From Eledone cirrhosa (taxonomy: Eukaryota), in assembly GCA_964016885.1 (NCBI GenBank), contig OZ024745.1, positions 39,680,001 through 39,744,000 on the forward strand: 64,000 bases of DNA, given 5' to 3'. Below the pieces are notes generated by a model. That model had not been told where the DNA came from and ran no database searches. It saw only the letters and a program-made list of their open reading frames with translations. This document shows, in pieces, positions 56,119-64,000 of the stretch (position 1 is the stretch's first letter; every line of letters begins with the position of its first letter). Position numbers and translations under genes: made by a program.

Positions 56119-57603
56119 TTAATTGTAAGTTGTGATGTTGCTGTTCCACTCATATTTTCTATTTAATTTTGGTTTTAATTCTTTTATGCTTACTGCCTCT
56201 GTAATTTGCCTAAACATTGCGTCTTTCTTGTGTGTGGATTCTATTTTTATTTCTATGCTCTCTAATTTACCCCTGTGTTCTATCTTAGCATGTTGGTAGA
56301 GCACAGATGATTCTTTACTATCTTGGAGGTCTCGCCAGTGTTCATGTATTCGTTCCCCTATACTACGAGCTGTCTCACCTATGTACACTATATTTTTGTT
56401 TCTACATTGTCCTTCAGTACATCTTATGCTATATACTACATTTCTAGTTTTACAGTTAATATGGGGGCTTATTTTACAGGTTATACATTTCTTATCTATA
56501 CATGAGGGTCTTTGGAACGGGTATGTCTTGCTAATAAGTGTTTTTACGGAGGTACCAGGTCTTTCTACTATCTTAATATTGAGATTATGTTTCTTTAGGG
56601 CCCTTCTAAATTTGTAGGCTAGTTCGCCTCTAGGGGTTGTATTGATGAACATTACACTCTGGTATTTATTGCTATCATACCATGAGTTTATTCTATTGGC
56701 CTTGTTCTTAGTTCTTTCTATTCTATTCCAAAATTTGCTCCTATACAAGGGGCAGGTCCCATTTATGTCATTATTTACCATTTTTTCCCATTTGGTTCTG
56801 GCTCCTTTATACACTCTGATTCTATCTCTCTGATTGTAGCCAGAGAACTGCATACGGTGGATGAAGTGTTGTATGTGTCTCTCTAGTTCTTCGGGGTTGC
56901 ACATGCGGGACACATTTCTCATCACCCGTACCAAATCCGCAATCAGTATGTTGATTTTGGTATGGTCCGAAATGGCCGAGTTTCGGTGGATCAGATGTTT
57001 GGAAGTCATGGGTTTGGCATAATGGGAATGGAGGATTTGTTTTTGGTTGTTAATAGTATCTAACCAGAGCTCTGTGTCTAGTACAGGTAATCGATGGTTG
57101 GGGTGTCTACTTGGGTAGTCTATAGTAACTCTAATGCTCTGGTGGATGGAGTTTGCTATTTGCTGGATGCTTTCCATTGTGTTTTTCTCTGGTTCCTGAC
57201 TGTTCTTTAGTGGGGGTGTCTTAACTATGATGTTTATATCATCTACGTAGCGGGAGTACATTATCAGGGTTAAGCTGTCTTCTAATTGTTCATTAAGTTT
57301 TTGTTTAAGTCTACTGTCCCACCATACCATGAATAAGTTAGCTATGTCGCCTGCAATGCTAACACCAATGGCTGCTCCTTCCTCTTGGGCATATGTTTTA
57401 CCATTAAATTTGAACATATGTTCCTTAAGGGTTAATTTTATGCTGGCCCCTACCGCATGTGCAATCATTTTCTTCAGTTCATCGTGGTTTTCGGGTGTCC
57501 GTATGGCTCTGGTCCACCCGTTCCATCTATCTGTGTGGGTTTTCTTGGCCATTGAGGTAATGGTAGGTGGTCTGCCTCTTGCTGGTCTTGTAGGGCACAG
57601 GTT
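56119..57603 (-). CDS. PLE RT (motif B onward) plus GIY-YIG endonuclease, 5'-truncated
   Basis: QEEGAAIG, RYVDD, LPVLD, CIDKKCITC, NVVYSIRC..YIGETARSIGERIHEH, EAVSI..PKLN; frame open from ~57600 (track ORF starts at 57552). Confidence 0.9.
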   Translation of the reverse strand, partial: NLCPTRPARGRPPTITSMAKKTHTDRWNGWTRAIRTPENHDELKKMIAHAVGASIKLTLKEHMFKFNGKTYAQEEGAAIGVSIAGDIANLFMVWWDSRLKQKLNEQLEDSLTLIMYSRYVDDINIIVKTPPLKNSQEPEKNTMESIQQIANSIHQSIRVTIDYPSRHPNHRLPVLDTELWLDTINNQKQILHSHYAKPMTSKHLIHRNSAISDHTKINILIADLVRVMRNVSRMCNPEELERHIQHFIHRMQFSGYNQRDRIRVYKGARTKWEKMVNNDINGTCPLYRSKFWNRIERTKNKANRINSWYDSNKYQSVMFINTTPRGELAYKFRRALKKHNLNIKIVERPGTSVKTLISKTYPFQRPSCIDKKCITCKISPHINCKTRNVVYSIRCTEGQCRNKNIVYIGETARSIGERIHEHWRDLQDSKESSVLYQHAKIEHRGKLESIEIKIESTHKKDAMFRQITEAVSIKELKPKLNRKYEWNSNITTYN

Positions 57604-58046
57604 GCGTGTATATGTATATGTATATGTATGTGTGTGTGTATGTATGTGTGTATATGTATATATATATATATATATATGTATATGTATATGTATATGTATG
57701 TATGTGTGGATGAAGGTATGTGTGTATATATAGGTGTAAGTGCACTAAATCCCTTTCTATCACGCTCCACTCTCCTACCCACCACAGGAAGATATGTGTA
57801 TGTATATTGCTTCCACCCCCTCACTGACCAGCAGCTGGCCAGTTGGTGATTGCTAAATCTGACCTTTATAAAATAACCCACACCCCAAATAACTTCTCAT
57901 TCACTACCAGAAAGGGACACAGCAGTCAACCTGTTGTTGCTACCTAGATGAAAACTGCTATGAAATCCCACAATGAATTTTATACTTGAATTTTCAAATC
58001 TCAAATTTTAACCCTTCGTATTATTAATTTTTCTTAATATTAATCA

Positions 58047-58092
58047 ACATTTGAAAAGATGGCTTTTGCAGACCCATCGAAACCGGTCATTT
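58047..58092 (+). ncRNA. Hammerhead-like motif, UUGAAAA (U3-A8) core
   Basis: TTGAAAA-gatgg...ccatc-GAAAC-cg-GTC; palindromic stem III accggt; stem I weak. Confidence 0.55.
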
Positions 58093-58262
58093 TTTATACC
58101 CTTTATTATTTCCTTACCTTATAAAATTATGTTTTTTCACAAAAAAATATTCTGTCTCTTATATATTCCATGTGCCATTACCAACCTCAATTTTCTCTAT
58201 AACCTTCGTTTTGTGTAGAAAATTACACTTTTCATATATACTAATCTACGCAAATCCGGAAA

Positions 58263-61200
58263 ATGGCACTGGAACAAGACAACACAACTTCAAACGCCAA
58301 TATAAATGAGGAAATCCTGAAAATCGTAAAAGAGATAAATGGAAAACTCACCATTCTGACAAAATAAACAGGATATACCCCAAACCACCACACCGACTGA
58401 CAACCAAATTTATTTAAACGTTCAAAACGTATGCAACTCCATCGAAAAACTTATGAATACCAACACAGAACAAACGACATTGCTCCATATCAAAAACCAA
58501 ATGGGACACCTCTGGAAAAAACATCTAAAAACCAGAAAATTCACTTTCTGGAATATGATAAAAAACCTCAACAAAGCTGGAATTTACCAAAAATGGATTA
58601 ACTCAACACCGATAGTTTTACCACGTAAATTCCAAATAAAGCATATTACAAACGAACCTGAACCAGAAAGAAAACTCCGTGAACAAATGTCACTCAACAG
58701 GATAAACATGGAAATAGAACTCCTAAAATTAAGGGCCACCTCAAACGAGCAAGAGTATAAGGATACTGATAAAAATATGGAGGAAGAATGCACTAAAAAG
58801 GCCGAGGGAACAACTCTACAAAATTTAATCAAATCGTGGAAACAGGACTGCGAGAATGCAGAAACTATTTCTCTTAAACGGTGGGAAAAATCCGAAAACT
58901 GGTTCCTCAAATATGAAGAAGACTTTAAAAGGACGCACCAAACAGGTAACCCCTTTATAAAGCATTTGAACATAACAAGAACTACAACAGACACATTTAC
59001 ACCACCAAACCCAACACACACTAACCACAGGCACATCCCCCACCAACACAAACCAAATACGGCCAACTACACCAAAAGAAACACACCCAACCACCACAAC
59101 ACAGGTTTCCGTAGAAATGCCCCCTACATAAACCAACGACGAAATAACATAGATCCAACTCACAACACACACACCACATTCCTCAGAAGAAATCCACCCA
59201 GACCACTTGAAATCACAACAGAACTTACCCACAACCACACCAGACATCACCCTCAATCCAACAAAAGACAACCCCCCAGCCTCAACACTCTGTACCACAG
59301 AAATAACGCACCCAGACCACATGAACCAACAACAGAACCCTTGCTCATCAACAACCACAACACATACCACCCCCACCATCACATTCACCCTCATGAAACA
59401 ACAAGCTACAGACCCACACGCAACAGACCAACAAAATATAATCACACACAAAACTACATTCCTTTTTTAGGGAAAAGCCTGAAATACCAGGATACTCGAT
59501 GCCCCCCCCCCCCTCAGGAGAAACCAAAAATAATCAACCTCTCAAAGACACCTCTAACCAACACACTAATCAACATTTTAAGTAAGGGCCTGAAATTTAC
59601 ACCTACACCACGTAAACCAAACTTCCCCGAAATGAAGGATGACATCATGGAATACTGCCGAAAGCTGCGACTAACGGAATTCTTCCACAACGACACCAAC
59701 ACTGAAGACGAATCACTGGTTAGAAATAAAAGCAATTTCTGCCCACAAAAGGGAAGAAATAAAGCACTGGACACGTACTGCGAACACATCACCAACTTTC
59801 CCTATGAAAAAATTACAAATAAACACACGAAATCAAACCTATCTACACACGAATGGGAAGAATTATTCACACTTAGAAACAACCCTGAGATAACTATCAA
59901 AGAAGCCGATAAAGGCAGTACTGTTGTCATTATGAATACGGACTACTATAGGACCCTCGCACTTAACATTTTAGAAAACAACACATACTATGAAAAAACA
60001 GAAAACTACAAACACACCAAAACAATGGGGAACCTTTTGACCTTACTGAATAAATACCGCAACAGCTTAACCACAAAAGAGTTTAACTATATAAGCCACT
60101 TCAAATGCAATACAATCTCTTTTTACGGCTTACCGAAACTCCACAAATGTAAACCCATAAACGATGCATGTGACACCTCAACCAACAAATACATTGAACT
60201 AACACCACCAGAAGACCTAAAACTCAGGCCAATTATAGCAGGCCCTACATGTGAAACCACAGACTTAGCAACTTTCTGGACATCCTACTGAAACCCTTTC
60301 TACAACATATACAGAGCTACATACGAGATGACCTTGACATGCTGAAACACCTCCCTAAAACAGTAAGTGCAAATACAATTCTTGTCTCCTTTGACGTAAT
60401 AAACCTCTACACAAACATACCTCACAACTATGGAATAACAGCAGTCCAATACTGGCTTAACACACACCCATCAGAAATACCGACACGCATCAACACAGAT
60501 TTTATCACTGACGGACTCCGCTTTATCCTACAAAATAACTACTTCACATTCAATGGTTCAACATACAGACAAGTATCAGGTACGGCAATGGGCACGAAAG
60601 TAGCACCCACATATGCCAACCTAGTCATGGGATTCCATGAACAACAAATATACAGTCAGTCCCTTCTCTTATTTGGAGACTCTTTCCACACACACCTCAA
60701 AGCCAATTGGAAAAGATATCTAGACGACTGCTTTATCCTATGGCAAGAAGACATGAACTCACTTACTACGTTTAAAAACATGATAAACAACATAGATAAT
60801 AACATACAATTCACAATGGAATCCAATCCTAAGGAATTAGCCTTCTTGGATATTCTCATCTCTGTAATAGACGGGAAATTAGATACAGATATATTCTATA
60901 AACCCACAGATTCCAAGCAATACCTCTTTTTCACATCAAGTCACCCAAAACATACAAAACTTAACATTCCTTACAATTTGGCCAAACGTATATGTACCAT
61001 AGTATCAGATCCACCTAAACGGGAGCAAAGACTAAAGGAACTAAAAGACACCCTTATCTTAAGAGCCTTTCCACTTGAAATAATCAACAATGGAATAGAC
61101 AGGGCAAAACACCTAAATCCCCATCAACTTAACAATCCAAAACAGAAAACCACACTCAACACCCTGCCATATGTATCCACTTTCAATCCCAGAAATACCG

Positions 61201-61778
61201 AAATGTTTGATCACCTACACAAAAACCTCCCCATCCTACTTAAAGATGTAAAAATGAAGTCTATTCTTGAAACACACAAGATCCTTAAAAGTAAAAGACA
61301 ACCCAAATCACTTAAACGCATTCTCACTGGACCAAATATACCCAAACCAATCCTCAACCCTACAGTTACCAAATGTGGTAGAACAAACTGTGGAACGTGC
61401 CTCTACCTCACTGAAGGACAAACATTTACATTCAAAGATGGCCAAACATTTACAGTAAAAAACAATTTCACCTGCAACTCGGAGAACTTGATTTACGCAA
61501 TAACTTGCGGTGGGTGCAAACACAACTACATAGGACAGACGGGCACCTCATTACGCAAAAGAATGACCATCCACCGCCAACAAATCCGGGACGCTAACAC
61601 AAGAAAAATCCCCTTGAGCAGCCATATTGCGAACTGCGCAGGAATGACACTACCCAACTTTAAAATCTTCCCCTTCTACAAGTGCTCAGATTCGTTCACA
61701 CAGCAACAAAGAATAAACAAAGAAAATCTATTCCTTAACAAATTTAAACCAAAACTAAACGGGTTATCACCCCAATAG
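58263..61778 (+). pseudogene. PLE polyprotein (RT and GIY-YIG) with about two frameshifts
   Basis: IINLS, LSKGLKF, ADKG, FYGLPKLHK, RPIIAG, SFDVINLYTNIP, GTAMGT, RYLDD, FLD, CGRTNCGTC, NLIYAITC..YIGQT; breaks near 58365 and 60256. Confidence 0.92.
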
Positions 61779-62368
61779 AATTGTCATAAAATATAAACAC
61801 ACATACGCACGGAATCACTACTGTTAAAGACCAGAGACCAATTCTGTAGAATCAGGTTTATTCATTGACAGACCATGCCTTTGTGTGACCAACACATCCA
61901 TGTTAAACCCTGCACTTGCACACACATATATCTATATATATATGCGCACACAGAATTCACCACTGTCGGTTGCGGGGCCCAATCTACATGAAGAACTCAA
62001 TGTGATCAGAATGACTTGTATTTTAATTTCACTGTCCCAACTTCTTATATTATGGAAAAAATATATGTGTCTGTATGTATATATATATATATATTTGGAG
62101 GACATTTCTCTGTGTGTGGGTGTATGTATGTGTATATGTGTGTGTGTGTGTATGTGTGTGCATGTGGATGTATGTATTGTGTGTGCGTGTGTGTGTGTGT
62201 GAATGTATGTGTGTATCTGGATGTATGCGTATGTGTATATATATATATATATATGCGTGTGTGTGTGTATATATATGTGTGTGTATATGTGTATATATAT
62301 GTGTGTGTGTGTGTATGTTTGTATGTGTGTATGTATATATATATGTGTGTGTATGTATGTGTGGGGGG

Positions 62369-62476
<108 letters not shown>

Positions 62477-62511
62477 ATGTGTGTATCTGGATGTATGTGT
62501 ATGTATATATA

Positions 62512-62556
<45 letters not shown>

Positions 62557-63012
62557 ATGTGTATATATGTGTGTGTGTGTGTGTGTGTGTATGTATATGT
62601 ATGTGTGTGTGTATGTATGTGTGTATATGTATATATATATATATGTATATGTATATGTATATGTATGTATGTGTGGATGAAGATATGTGTGTATATATAG
62701 GTGTAAGTGCACTAAATCCCTTTCTATCACGCTCCACTCTCCTACCCACCACAGGAAGATATGTGTATGTATATTGCTTCCACCCCCTCACTGACCAGCA
62801 GCTGGCCAGTTGGTGATTGCTAAATCTGACCTTTATAAAATAACCCACACCCCAAATAACTTCTCATTCACTACCAGAAGGGACACAGCAGTCAACCTGT
62901 TGTTGCTACCTAGATGAAAACTGCTATGAAATCCCACAATGAATTTTATACTTGAATTTTCAAATCTCAAATTTTAACTCTTCGTATTATTAATTTTTCT
63001 TAATATTAATCA

Positions 63013-63058
63013 ACATTTGAAAAGATGGCTTTTGCAGACCCATCGAAACCGGTCATTT
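63013..63058 (+). ncRNA. Hammerhead-like motif, UUGAAAA core (3' pseudo-LTR copy)
   Basis: Same sequence as 58047-58092. Confidence 0.55.
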
Positions 63059-63200
63059 TTTATACCCTTTATTATTTCCTTACCTTATAAAATTATGTTT
63101 TTTCACAAAAAAGTATTCTGTCTCTTATATATTCCATGTGCCATTACCAACCTCAATTTTCTCTATAACCTTCGTTTTGTGTAGAAAATTACACTTTTCA

Positions 63201-63244
<44 letters not shown>

Positions 63245-63255
63245 TGTAGCCGTTG

Positions 63256-63299
63256 AATTAGCCGTCGAAACGGCTTGAGCTCAGCCGTCGGGGTCTTAC
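63256..63299 (+). mobile_element. Family B micro-fragment (hammerhead stem III portion) inside (TA)n
   Basis: gaattagccgtcgaaacggcttgagctcagccgtcggggtc is identical to 2410-2450. Confidence 0.8.
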
Positions 63300-63302
63300 T
63301 TA

Positions 63303-63373
<71 letters not shown>

Positions 63374-64000
63374 GTATGTGTGTGTGTATGTATGTATATA
63401 TATATATATATATATACATATATTGTGTTGATTGACATGTTTGTTTAAATGTCTAAGGATACTTATGTTGAAATTCATTTTAAAGTTCCTTGAGCTTTGA
63501 TCGAAGCATTAAGAAAGCTGTGTGTCAAGTCCATTTAGGGTGATGCGGTATTTTAGACTGATGCAGCAAGGCTAGTCAAAAGAATGTCAGCAGGAAAGCT
63601 TTCCAAAGGATCACCCCTGAAAACGACTACGCAGTATCTCTCACCAAACACAAGGATGCGATCACACAGTCAAGAAGAGCACGTTCCTTTATGGGTAGAA
63701 TATACCTTTATGGGTAGAATATATCTTCTAATACTGCCCCATTTCAGTGACATAACAAACAATGCTATCTATCAATCTATTCGTAAGGAATGTTTGAACA
63801 GTCAACATGCACACTCGTGTCCTTCCCTGCGATGACCTTTCATCAATATCCGACCCGTATTCACTAATGATATATGGACACTCCCTACATGTCCCATCAA
63901 AAATACGGAAATGTCCAGCAGATCTGATATTGAGTGTGTGTGTGTGTATATGTGTGCGTGTGTGTGTGTGCAGTGTGCGAGTGCAATGTGTGTATGTATG

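Larger units (their letters stand above)
55620..57603 (-). mobile_element. Penelope-like element, 3' half with pseudo-LTR
   Basis: RT C-terminal half, GIY-YIG, and a 3' pseudo-LTR matching 51489-51906. Confidence 0.9.

Overview
This is AT-rich, microsatellite-saturated eukaryotic DNA, most consistent with a cephalopod (octopus-type) intronic or intergenic region; the species is inferred from repeat style and SINE type. No host gene is confidently recognisable, and nearly all track ORFs of the [12 protein letters not shown] type are microsatellite artefacts. Recognisable content: (1) three Penelope-like retroelement (PLE) families with RT and GIY-YIG domains: a Naiad-like copy with ~1 kb inverted ends (16.2-20.5 kb), a split family (51.4-57.6 kb) and a young Neptune-like copy with direct pseudo-LTRs (57.6-63.2 kb). 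(2) A (TTA)n-associated nest at 22-34.7 kb of Tx1/L1-like LINEs, R4/Dong-like fragments and tRNA-derived SINEs. (3) An RTE fragment and a probable non-autonomous Helitron. The main unexplained-by-ORFs signal is roughly 18 type I hammerhead-ribozyme-like motifs from about 10 sequence families. Many have non-canonical cores (CCGANGA, CAGAAGA, CUGAGAA, UUGAAAA) and sit in short non-coding 'tail-out' fold-back elements fused at both ends to (TA)n tracts through micro-homology. This looks like a retrozyme-like, PLE-mobilised, (TA)n-targeting system. All folds were read by eye and need computational and biochemical confirmation.
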